A DNA stretch of 17,633 nucleotides from a virus: UHGV virus genome UHGV-0171041; one strand, 5' to 3'. Below, piece by piece: positions 9,140 through 17,076 of this stretch; the stretch's first letter is position 1; every line of letters begins with the position of its first letter. The notes beneath the pieces were generated by a model. It was not told the origin of the DNA. It saw only the letters and a list, made by a program, of their open reading frames with translations, and searched no databases. Both the position numbers and the translations under genes were made by a program.

Positions 9140-9994
9140 TCAGCAGTTCGTCATCAGGGCGTCACCGCCACCGCCGGTGGCTTTGCTGCGGCGCTGCTGG
9201 GTCAGACTTTCGGTGTGGTCGAGACTGTTTTTCAGGCGGGTGAATGCCTGACTGGTTTCATCCGCCCTGTCAGTCACATCCTGCTTAAGTGCGGAAAAGG
9301 CGGTTTCCATCTCAGCAAGGCGCTGCTCAGTGGCGCTCAGTTTTTCCTGCACATGCTCAGCGACAGCGGTCACCGCTTCATGCACGTCATTCAGACGGGC
9401 GTCATCGCTGGCCTGTTTGCGGCCAAAAATGGATTTCACCTTTTCGGTCAGGGCGGTGAACACGGTTTCAGGCAGGTCTTCAAATTCCAGCTCAACAGGC
9501 GTTGCCACTGAAATCAGGTTTTCAGGGCTTAATTTGAAGCGGTTCAGGGGGTTGTGTTTTGCCGTGCGGCAGAATTCCAGGTATTCCGTGCCGAGGCTTG
9601 CCGGGTCATCGGTGACGGCCAGACCCACCAGATAACATTTGCCTGTATTGGCAAAGTTCGGCTGAATTTCCATTGAGGTATAGACCTTCTGCGCGGCCTT
9701 GTTCATCGCGATAAGGTCATCGGTCGGGGTGATTTTCGCAAACAGCGCCCATTTGCCTTTCAGCGCCGAATCATCGTCAATCTTTTCGGCCTTCAGTTCG
9801 GCCACATCGCCATAACGTTTAAAAATACCGTCAGGCAGGATGCCGCGCAGATGTTCCAGGTTAATGCGGCAACCATAGACACGCGGGTCAAAGGTTTCGG
9901 CCATTTCCTGAATATCCTGCGCACTGATGACACGCCCGTCACAGGTGTCACCCTCAACGCCGATACGAAAGAATTTTGAGACTTTTTTTGCCAT
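9140..9994 (-). CDS. O: Capsid scaffold protein gpO, 284 aa
   Basis: Start placed at the internal MAKKVSKFFRIGVEGD (ATG at 9994..9992), which matches the P2 gpO N-terminus and length. The 22 upstream codons of the longest ORF are judged not translated. Confidence 0.9.
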   Translation of the reverse strand: MAKKVSKFFRIGVEGDTCDGRVISAQDIQEMAETFDPRVYGCRINLEHLRGILPDGIFKRYGDVAELKAEKIDDDSALKGKWALFAKITPTDDLIAMNKAAQKVYTSMEIQPNFANTGKCYLVGLAVTDDPASLGTEYLEFCRTAKHNPLNRFKLSPENLISVATPVELEFEDLPETVFTALTEKVKSIFGRKQASDDARLNDVHEAVTAVAEHVQEKLSATEQRLAEMETAFSALKQDVTDRADETSQAFTRLKNSLDHTESLTQQRRSKATGGGGDALMTNC

Positions 9995-10167
9995 TGTCAG
10001 GAGTCCTGAATAGTGATTAGAGGAGTCACATGTCGGCATCAGTTTCCCGACGATGCGCATCCTCCGCCATCAGTCCCGGATGGCTTATCACTGACACAAC
10101 AGCACCTTAGCGAATCGCGGGGCGCGACTCAGTAGCCTTGCCGTGTATTCATCACGGCGAGGTATTC
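9995..10167. promoter_or_regulatory. Divergent intergenic region between O and P, expected site of the late promoters
   Basis: 173-bp non-coding spacer between divergently transcribed O and P. In P2 this spacer holds the Ogr-activated PO and PP promoters. Individual promoter elements could not be assigned by eye. Confidence 0.5.
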
Positions 10168-11940
10168 ATGACCATCACCACAGACACCACTCTTTTACAC
10201 GACCCGCGTCGTCAGGCGGCGCTGCTGTACTGGCAGGGATTTTCCGTGCCGCAGATTGCCGCCATGTTGCAGATGAAACGCCCGACGGTGCAGAGCTGGA
10301 AACAGCGCGACGGCTGGGACAGCGTTGCCCCCATCAGCCGTGTCGAAATGAGTCTGGAAGCGCGGCTGACCCAGCTCATCATAAAACCGCAGAAAACCGG
10401 CGGTGACTTCAAGGAAATTGACCTGCTCGGACGCCAGATTGAACGACTGGCGCGGGTCAACCGTTACAGTCAGACCGGCAACGAGGCAGACCTTAATCCG
10501 AACGTCGCTAACCGCAACAAAGGCGGGCGCCGCAAACCGAAAAAGAATTTTTTCAGTGACGAGGCCATCGAAAAGCTGGAGCAGATTTTCTTTGAGCAGT
10601 CTTTCGACTATCAGTTGCACTGGTATCGCGCCGGGCTTGAGCACCGCATCCGCGATATCCTGAAATCCCGCCAGATTGGCGCGACGTTTTATTTTTCCCG
10701 CGAGGCGCTGCTGCGCGCCCTGAAAACCGGTCATAACCAGATTTTTCTGTCGGCCAGTAAAACGCAGGCGTATGTGTTCCGCGAATACATCATCGCCTTT
10801 GCCCGGCTGGTTGACGTTGACCTGACCGGTGACCCGATTGTCCTGGGCAATAACGGCGCAAAACTGATTTTTCTCGGCACCAACTCCAACACCGCGCAGA
10901 GCCATAACGGCGACCTGTACGTCGACGAGATTTTCTGGATCCCGAATTTTCAGGTACTGCGTAAGGTGGCATCAGGTATGGCCTCACAGAGTCACCTGCG
11001 TTCGACCTATTTCTCCACCCCGTCCACGCTGGCGCACGACGCCTACCCGTTCTGGTCGGGTGAACTGTTCAACCGGGGACGCGCCAGCGCCGCCGAACGC
11101 GTGGAAATCGACGTCAGTCATAACGCCCTTGCCGGTGGGCTTCTCTGTGCAGACGGCCAGTGGCGGCAGATTGTCACCATTGAGGACGCGTTGAAAGGCG
11201 GCTGCACGCTGTTCGACATTGAGCAGCTCAAACGTGAAAACAGCGCCGACGATTTTAAAAACCTGTTCATGTGTGAATTTGTTGACGACAAGGCGTCGGT
11301 GTTCCCGTTCGAGGAGCTGCAACGCTGCATGGTCGACACGCTGGAAGAATGGGAAGACTATGCGCCGTTTGCCGCGAATCCGTTCGGCTCCCGCCCGGTA
11401 TGGATTGGTTACGACCCGTCACACCGTGGCGACAGCGCCGGATGCGTGGTACTGGCACCGCCGGTGGTGGCCGGTGGCAAATTCAGAATACTTGAGCGTC
11501 ACCAGTGGAAAGGCATGGACTTTGCCACTCAGGCGGAATCCATCCGCAAACTCACCGAAAAATACAACGTCGAATACATCGGTATTGATGCCACCGGCCT
11601 CGGTGTCGGCGTGTTCCAGCTCGTGCGCTCGTTCTATCCCGCCGCGCGCGATATCCGCTACACACCGGAAATGAAAACCGCAATGGTGCTCAAGGCAAAA
11701 GACGTCATCCGCCGTGGCTGTCTGGAATATGACGTCAGCGCCACCGACATCACCAGCTCGTTTATGGCTATCCGCAAGACCATGACCAGCAGCGGACGCA
11801 GCGCCACGTATGAGGCCAGCCGCAGCGAGGAAGCCAGCCACGCCGACCTCGCCTGGGCGACCATGCACGCCCTGTTAAATGAGCCACTCACCGCCGGTAT
11901 CAGCACCCCGCTGACATCCACCATTCTGGAGTTTTACTGA
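10168..11940 (+). CDS. P: Terminase large (ATPase) subunit gpP, 590 aa
   Basis: Start at the ATG at 10168 (MTITTDTTLLHDPRRQAALLYWQGFSVPQIAAMLQ), preceded by GAGG. Matches P2 gpP in N-terminus and length. Stop overlaps the Q start (ATGA). Confidence 0.92.
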   Translation: MTITTDTTLLHDPRRQAALLYWQGFSVPQIAAMLQMKRPTVQSWKQRDGWDSVAPISRVEMSLEARLTQLIIKPQKTGGDFKEIDLLGRQIERLARVNRYSQTGNEADLNPNVANRNKGGRRKPKKNFFSDEAIEKLEQIFFEQSFDYQLHWYRAGLEHRIRDILKSRQIGATFYFSREALLRALKTGHNQIFLSASKTQAYVFREYIIAFARLVDVDLTGDPIVLGNNGAKLIFLGTNSNTAQSHNGDLYVDEIFWIPNFQVLRKVASGMASQSHLRSTYFSTPSTLAHDAYPFWSGELFNRGRASAAERVEIDVSHNALAGGLLCADGQWRQIVTIEDALKGGCTLFDIEQLKRENSADDFKNLFMCEFVDDKASVFPFEELQRCMVDTLEEWEDYAPFAANPFGSRPVWIGYDPSHRGDSAGCVVLAPPVVAGGKFRILERHQWKGMDFATQAESIRKLTEKYNVEYIGIDATGLGVGVFQLVRSFYPAARDIRYTPEMKTAMVLKAKDVIRRGCLEYDVSATDITSSFMAIRKTMTSSGRSATYEASRSEEASHADLAWATMHALLNEPLTAGISTPLTSTILEFY

Positions 11941-12974
11941 TGAGCAAGAAAAAAGGGAAAACACCGCAACCTGCGGCAAAAAAAATGACCGCCAGCGCCC
12001 CGAAAATGGAGGCATTCACCTTTGGTGAGCCGGTGCCGGTACTCGACCGCCGTGACATTCTGGATTACGTCGAGTGCATCAGTAACGGCAGATGGTATGA
12101 GCCACCGGTCAGCTTTACCGGTCTGGCAAAAAGCCTGCGTGCTGCCGTGCATCACAGCTCACCGATTTACGTCAAACGCAATATTCTGGCCTCGACATTT
12201 ATCCCGCATCCGTGGCTTTCCCAGCAGGATTTCAGCCGCTTTGTGCTGGATTTTCTGGTGTTCGGTAATGCGTTTCTGGAAAAGCGTTACAGCACCACCG
12301 GTAAGGTCATCAGACTGGAAACCTCACCGGCAAAATATACCCGCCGTGGCGTGGAAGAGGATGTTTACTGGTGGGTGCCGTCCTTCCATGAGCCGACACC
12401 TTTCGCGCCCGGCTCCGTGTTTCACCTGCTGGAGCCGGATATTAATCAGGAGCTGTACGGTCTGCCGGAATATCTCAGCGCCCTTAACTCTGCCTGGCTG
12501 AATGAATCAGCCACGCTGTTCCGCCGCAAGTATTACGAAAACGGCGCTCATGCCGGATACATCATGTACGTCACTGATGCCGTGCAGGATCGCAACGATA
12601 TCGAAATGCTCCGCGAAAACATGGTTAAGTCAAAAGGCCGCAACAACTTTAAAAACCTGTTTCTCTATGCCCCACAGGGAAAAGCCGACGGCATTAAAAT
12701 TATCCCGCTCAGTGAAGTGGCGACGAAGGACGATTTTTTTAATATCAAAAAAGCCAGCGCCGCTGACCTGCTGGACGCGCACCGCATCCCCTTTCAGTTG
12801 ATGGGCGGCAAGCCGGAGAACGTCGGGTCGCTGGGTGATATTGAGAAAGTGGCAAAGGTCTTTGTCCGCAATGAACTTATCCCGTTACAGGACAGGATCC
12901 GCGAGATAAACGGCTGGCTCGGTCAGGAGGTCATCCGCTTTAAAAACTACTCACTGGACACTGACAACGGCTGA
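11940..12974 (+). CDS. Q: Portal protein gpQ
   Basis: 344 aa beginning MSKKKGKTPQPAAKKMTASAPKMEAFTFGEPVPVLDRRDILDY, recognised as P2 gpQ. Confidence 0.92.
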   Translation: MSKKKGKTPQPAAKKMTASAPKMEAFTFGEPVPVLDRRDILDYVECISNGRWYEPPVSFTGLAKSLRAAVHHSSPIYVKRNILASTFIPHPWLSQQDFSRFVLDFLVFGNAFLEKRYSTTGKVIRLETSPAKYTRRGVEEDVYWWVPSFHEPTPFAPGSVFHLLEPDINQELYGLPEYLSALNSAWLNESATLFRRKYYENGAHAGYIMYVTDAVQDRNDIEMLRENMVKSKGRNNFKNLFLYAPQGKADGIKIIPLSEVATKDDFFNIKKASAADLLDAHRIPFQLMGGKPENVGSLGDIEKVAKVFVRNELIPLQDRIREINGWLGQEVIRFKNYSLDTDNG

Positions 12975-12979
12975 ACATC

Positions 12980-13001
12980 GCCGCCTGCGGGCGGCTTTTT
13001 T
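12980..13001 (+). terminator. Rho-independent terminator downstream of Q
   Basis: GCCGCC tgcg GGCGGC hairpin followed directly by TTTTTT, beginning 6 nt after the Q stop codon. Confidence 0.8.
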
Positions 13002-13141
13002 ACACCCCGCCATCACGCCCTCACACGCTCACCACCGCACAAAACAGCCCGCAGACACACAACGCCCGGCGCACACTCTAAACGCCATCACGACGCGCTC
13101 AGACGCTGAAAAAATAAAATCAGCACCACCGCCAGCGCGCA

Positions 13142-13160
13142 GTGCTTTCCCCGCCTCGCC
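13142..13160 (-). other. cos: cos cohesive-end site (19 nt)
   Basis: gtgctttccccgcctcgcc is the exact reverse complement of the P2 cohesive end GGCGAGGCGGGGAAAGCAC as recalled. It lies about 170 bp beyond the Q stop, where P2 places cos. Confidence 0.8.
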
Positions 13161-13211
13161 CGCCCGCTTCGTGGGGCAGTTTTAATGCATATGAATGTAA
13201 ATTTAGAAACC

Positions 13212-13239
13212 ATACCAAGCCTAGATATAGGCTTGGTAT
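13212..13239. terminator. Perfect 11-bp-stem hairpin between cos and the 99-aa ORF, possible terminator for that ORF
   Basis: ATACCAAGCCT agatat AGGCTTGGTAT seen directly. On the minus strand it is followed by a U-rich stretch (GGUUUCUAAAUUU), about 50 nt after the ORF stop. Confidence 0.45.
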
Positions 13240-13288
13240 TTATTCAGGAATTGTGAATGCAAAATAATGCAAGAATATGCATTATTTA

Positions 13289-13588
13289 CTACTTAGCCTT
13301 GATAACTGGATGAGCCCGGTCATGGCCCCCTCCCAAGAACTTTGAAAAAATCACCTTATCATTACTCACTGGTTTACTACCATACACACTATCGTAATGA
13401 AAAAATACTTGTGGTTGGTTTGGTATACGAATGAAACCATAAGCTAGGTTTTCCTTCCGTACCAACCCAATATCAGTAGCTATAGCCACTGGTAAGGTTG
13501 AGACACGACGCACTGAGGATGCTATATTTTTTCGATGTAGCCATCCGTGAATATGCTCATGAAGGATTTCGTAAGAATCACGGCTCAC
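13289..13588 (-). CDS. Hypothetical 99-aa protein in the AT-rich cargo island between cos and gene A; HEHIH motif near the N-terminus
   Basis: Open frame of 99 codons from GTG at 13588..13586, preceded by a perfect AGGAGG at 13598..13593 (4-nt spacer). No in-frame ATG. About 38% GC. Sits where P2 carries orf91-tin-old. I do not recognise the sequence. Confidence 0.55.
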   Translation of the reverse strand: MSRDSYEILHEHIHGWLHRKNIASSVRRVSTLPVAIATDIGLVRKENLAYGFIRIPNQPQVFFHYDSVYGSKPVSNDKVIFSKFLGGGHDRAHPVIKAK

Positions 13589-13631
13589 ATTACCTCCTAG
13601 TTACTTTGATAGACCAAAGAGTTAGCTTACA

Positions 13632-13661
13632 AAAATAGAGCGGGAATGCCTAGTGTTTCAA
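13632..13661 (-). promoter_or_regulatory. Candidate sigma-70 promoter for the 99-aa ORF
   Basis: On the minus strand, TTGAAA (13661..13656), an 18-nt spacer, then TATTTT (13637..13632), about 45 nt upstream of the GTG start. Assigned by eye only. Confidence 0.3.
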
Positions 13662-13718
13662 TCGATTTTTGTGAGAATTGGTTATTTAATAACTATATAA
13701 AAACATTGGAATTTACCA

Positions 13719-16001
13719 CTAATTCCAGTTAGCAAAAAGCCCCCATTCCTCTTGCGAGCGCTCATTAAAACTATAATATTTTCCTTCGTAAAAGAGTGTA
13801 GCTCCGCGAGCTAGAGCAAGAAGCAGCCACCTTTCCACCGCAACCCCCTGCTGAGCGAGGTCTACGCGGATACGGGTAATTTGCATTCGTTCTGACCGGG
13901 TCAGTCTGGCCGATGGTGCAATTTCATGCGGTTTTAACGGGCTTCCATTTCTTTGCTGACGGTTTGGCGTTCTCAGGTCGTATTTTAATGCGCCCCTGAG
14001 CGCCCTCACGACCTCCGGTTCATTCCATTCAATAACACCGTCATCAACCAGATTAAGCACTGCTGCGGCGTGCTCAGAAGGAGTGGGAGCCGGTAACGAA
14101 GTATCACCGCTGGTGAGCTTTCCACAGTTATTGACAGGACTCCGAGGCGCGGCGATGCCGCTTTTTAAAGTCAAAGGCTCAACGACCGGAACTTTCGGCA
14201 CAATGCGCCAGTCCGTGGTTCTGGTGATATGAATATGACGCGCGCCGAGATGCGGTGCGTAAATGCCGACCACTCTCTCGACTTCTTCCTCGTACTCGTT
14301 AACGTCATCCGACGGGCTACGGGCGACTCTGACAGTCTGACAATCGCGCGGAACATTTGCCCCACCCTGCGCGCTGATATACAACGCAAAATCACCACTG
14401 TCTGCAGCGGCGCGTGCAGCCTCGACGCGCTCGTCAAACTCATCAGCAATGCTGACGCCGCGCGGCAATTTGCGTAGTTCACGGTAAGCCCCCATTGTCG
14501 GCAGGCCAACCGTTTTAAATTGCGGGATGCGCCACGTTGACGCCCATGCGGTAACAGCCGCTGCAGTGTCTTTCAGCGGCCTGCCGGTGTCGTTATCGAG
14601 CTGACCATCCAGTGCATAGCCGTCGATGTTTTTTGAAATGTATTTCGCGATATATCCCGCAGCACCGCCCCGGTTAAGGTGTTTTGCCTGAAAACGGTTT
14701 CGCGCAGCTCCTCTTTCGTCTCCATCCTCTTTGAGCGCGTAGCGACGCATGATTTCGATAATCTGGTTACGCTGGCGTGGATTACAAAAAAGCATCATAT
14801 GCCAGTGCGGCGTTCCGTCGTGGTGTGGTTCAACAACACGCAAACCGTAGACCTGTAAATCATTATCCTTGAATGCCGTGCGCATCAGGCTCCAGATACG
14901 GCAGAGATAACGCTGCGCATCCTTTGGATTAAATGCCTCATCGTTCCAGCCGTGATTAAGCTGAACGGTTTTACTTTCGCCTTTTCTGACCTGACGTGTC
15001 GGGTGATACTTTGACGGCGCGGTCAGCGTGATAAACATCCCCACATCACCCTCTGCGGCGGCGTAACGCTCAATACCGGCAATGGTGTTCATCAGCTCCA
15101 TCCGGCGAATTTCAGGATTAGAAATACTGCCCATCACCTTACTGATAAGGTCGATGCGCTCGCCGGTTTCCTTGTTTTCAAGGTCACACGATTTAAGAAA
15201 TTCCAGATTTGCCTGGCGGCGCGCACGCACATCACGAATGGCATGTTTACTGGCATAAGGAGAACGGTCTTTATTGACCTCCCCGACAGCAATCAGTAAC
15301 GCCTCATGCCAGCGCATACGCTGGCCTTTAAGCTGATGAGTCCACCACTCATCGTTAAACAGGCGGGCAATGGCAGAATATGCCTGCCTCGTGGTCATCT
15401 GCCCTTTACGGTATTTTTTCCAGTAAAGCGGGGAAATATTGAAAGCACGTGCAGCGCCAGCAACATGACCATAGAGGTGAGCCTGCGCCTCATCCGTAAA
15501 CAGCGATTCTTTTTCGCCATGTGCATCAACCCAGGCATCGCAGAGTTCCTCATACATCATGAAAAGCTGCGATGAGATACGGGCAGCAAACTTTTTCAGC
15601 TCCTTGTCATTCATCCCCGGCAGGCGCGCATACTGGTCGCGCTCTGCCAGAAACAGCAACGACGCGTCGGTGTTCATTTCATGGCGCTGATTCACACGCT
15701 CAATGCGCGGCCATAAACGACGCTGAAAAGTGGATGTGAGGAAATAAAACCCGTGCACCGGGCTTTTATTGCGCCGGATGTAGTCATAGCGTGAAGTAAA
15801 CAGCGAGCGCAAAAAGTAAGGCAGGCGGTTAATCGTGGATAAAACACCTTGCACCTGACGCATCTCGTCACGTGTAAGGGGTCTTTCGCGCCCGACGGCC
15901 TCGCGTGGCGCGTTCCATGCATAAGCACCGGTAAACGTCTTACCGGTGCCTGCGGCAAATGCTGACGGAGGGACAAAATGCCCGGAGGCTTTAACGGCCA
16001 T
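13719..16001 (-). CDS. A: Rolling-circle replication initiator gpA (HUH endonuclease family)
   Basis: Start placed at MAVKASGHFVPPSAFAAGTGK (ATG at 16001..15999), matching the P2 gpA N-terminus. Contains the HUH motif PHWHMMLF and the tyrosine pair GYIAKYISK. About 760 aa, as for P2 A. The last 25 or so codons are AT-rich. Confidence 0.92.
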   Translation of the reverse strand: MAVKASGHFVPPSAFAAGTGKTFTGAYAWNAPREAVGRERPLTRDEMRQVQGVLSTINRLPYFLRSLFTSRYDYIRRNKSPVHGFYFLTSTFQRRLWPRIERVNQRHEMNTDASLLFLAERDQYARLPGMNDKELKKFAARISSQLFMMYEELCDAWVDAHGEKESLFTDEAQAHLYGHVAGAARAFNISPLYWKKYRKGQMTTRQAYSAIARLFNDEWWTHQLKGQRMRWHEALLIAVGEVNKDRSPYASKHAIRDVRARRQANLEFLKSCDLENKETGERIDLISKVMGSISNPEIRRMELMNTIAGIERYAAAEGDVGMFITLTAPSKYHPTRQVRKGESKTVQLNHGWNDEAFNPKDAQRYLCRIWSLMRTAFKDNDLQVYGLRVVEPHHDGTPHWHMMLFCNPRQRNQIIEIMRRYALKEDGDERGAARNRFQAKHLNRGGAAGYIAKYISKNIDGYALDGQLDNDTGRPLKDTAAAVTAWASTWRIPQFKTVGLPTMGAYRELRKLPRGVSIADEFDERVEAARAAADSGDFALYISAQGGANVPRDCQTVRVARSPSDDVNEYEEEVERVVGIYAPHLGARHIHITRTTDWRIVPKVPVVEPLTLKSGIAAPRSPVNNCGKLTSGDTSLPAPTPSEHAAAVLNLVDDGVIEWNEPEVVRALRGALKYDLRTPNRQQRNGSPLKPHEIAPSARLTRSERMQITRIRVDLAQQGVAVERWLLLALARGATLFYEGKYYSFNERSQEEWGLFANWN

Positions 16002-16266
16002 ATGAGCCAAAAGCCTCTGAACAACGCCTGCTGAGTTGCTCAACCTGCGCGTTTAAATCAGCAAAAGACTTTGCGCTTCCGGTCAGAATATCGTGATGCA
16101 TCAGGCCGGAAACGAGCTGGCTTAATTTCGGATAATAACCAACCACCGCCAGCCATTCCTGACCGGCGTTTTTACCGCTTTCCGCTCTCTTTTTCTCGTG
16201 GAGAATAAACTGAAAGCTGTCACTGGTAACGACATAACGTTCGCCAATTTCAATACGAATACTCAT
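15991..16266 (-). CDS. Small early-operon protein immediately upstream of A (P2 orf83-position), 91 aa
   Basis: ORF on the same strand as A, stop overlapping the A start. Position corresponds to the small ORFs between B and A in P2. Function unknown. Confidence 0.6.
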   Translation of the reverse strand: MSIRIEIGERYVVTSDSFQFILHEKKRAESGKNAGQEWLAVVGYYPKLSQLVSGLMHHDILTGSAKSFADLNAQVEQLSRRCSEAFGSYGR

Positions 16267-16487
16267 GCCGTTCTCCGGTAATGTTTGTTTTTTGCTTCAA
16301 AGACTGACTGGCAGGAAACACAACGCGTGGCTGACGGATAAGCCGCACGACGGGCAGCAGGTATTGGCGCGTCACACTCTTCGCAAACCAGCGCAGAAGC
16401 ACCGCAATGTTTTACCCTTGCCGCGTTAATCTGACGCTCCAGTAATTCAGCCTGTTGTTCCTGAATAAAATCTACGTTGTCCGGCAT
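16263..16487 (-). CDS. DksA/TraR-family C4 zinc-finger protein, 74 aa
   Basis: Two CxxC pairs (VCEECDAP ... RCVSCQSV) in a 74-aa protein of TraR-like size. Translationally coupled to its neighbours by ATGA-type overlaps. Confidence 0.7.
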   Translation of the reverse strand: MPDNVDFIQEQQAELLERQINAARVKHCGASALVCEECDAPIPAARRAAYPSATRCVSCQSVFEAKNKHYRRTA

Positions 16488-16792
16488 TACCAGCTCCTTT
16501 TGTCGTTAAGTTTTTTAAATTCATCAGCGCAATAGCTGGCAATTTCTGTCGTTAATTTCGTCAGTTCATCCACGGAGGAGATTTGCTTGTGAAATACAGC
16601 GCGTTTAACAAGTAAATTGACCACATCAGACAGGAGGTTTAATTCATTCTGATAAATCGCGATAACAGATTCAGTGATGTCGCGTTTTTCTTTATCAAGA
16701 CCAAGTTGAATAAGAGACAAATCGCCATTTTTCATAACGGCGATTTTTAAGGTGTTATTCAGTAATACAACTGAATGAGAACAGGACATCAA
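16487..16792 (-). CDS. Small early-operon protein of unknown function
   Basis: 101-aa ORF, or about 82 aa if started at the internal MKNGD methionine. Coupled by overlaps to flanking ORFs. Position as P2 orf81/orf82. Confidence 0.55.
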   Translation of the reverse strand: MMSCSHSVVLLNNTLKIAVMKNGDLSLIQLGLDKEKRDITESVIAIYQNELNLLSDVVNLLVKRAVFHKQISSVDELTKLTTEIASYCADEFKKLNDKRSW

Positions 16793-17013
16793 AGCACCTC
16801 CCCGCGAGACAATCCGATATTGTGAAATTTTTCCGACTCCTGACTGAGCAGCTCGACTATCTCCACGCGGGATAACTCCGCCTTTGTGATGTGGCGAATC
16901 ATGGTGTCAAGATGAGAAGAAAAGCGCGTCGCAGCGTCAGCCTGTGCTTCGGTTCTGGCCTGTTGCAGCAGTAATGCGTATTTACCGCACTGATTTTCAG
17001 AAACTGTATGCAT
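16789..17013 (-). CDS. Small early-operon protein of unknown function
   Basis: 74-aa ORF preceded by GGAGAAAG. Position as P2 orf80, directly downstream of B. Confidence 0.55.
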   Translation of the reverse strand: MHTVSENQCGKYALLLQQARTEAQADAATRFSSHLDTMIRHITKAELSRVEIVELLSQESEKFHNIGLSRGEVL

Positions 17014-17076
17014 GACTTTCTCCAGGCAAAAAGAAGCCCCGCACGATTAAGTGCGTTAAAAACTCTGGTTAATTAT

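Noticed and set aside
6449-10060. N-terminally extended longest-ORF versions of X (90 aa), L (189 aa) and O (306 aa); likewise P (600 aa, 10138..) and A (774 aa, ..16043)
   Set aside because: Internal start codons give the lengths and N-termini of the P2 proteins and have better ribosome-binding sites. The extensions overlap upstream genes or spacers.
10195-10905. 236-aa minus-strand ORF antisense to terminase gene P, plus other antisense or alternate-frame ORFs (142..441, 446..760, 7258..7857, 8173..8658, 11419..11868, 12022..12501, 14171..14509, 15692..16024)
   Set aside because: All are shadow ORFs within recognised P2-like genes. Their products are low-complexity and Arg/Ser/Cys-rich, typical of out-of-frame translation of GC-rich coding DNA.
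13186-13450. Very short plus-strand peptide ORFs in the AT-rich island (for example 23 codons from 13186, 16 codons from 13397)
   Set aside because: Too short, no convincing ribosome-binding sites, and the 13397 frame is antisense to the 99-aa ORF. Chance ATG…stop frames are expected in AT-rich DNA.
13289-13588. Reading the HEHIHGWLH motif of the 99-aa ORF as a metzincin protease signature
   Set aside because: The metzincin pattern is HExxHxxGxxH, whereas here the Gly and third His are 2 residues closer, and 99 aa is too small for a standard metzincin fold. Kept only as a generic HExxH observation.
17040-17055. Short hairpin (CGCAC gattaa GTGCG) with a downstream T-rich run between B and the next small ORF, a possible attenuator
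   Set aside because: Only a 5-bp stem and an interrupted U-tract. Too weak to call without comparative or experimental support.
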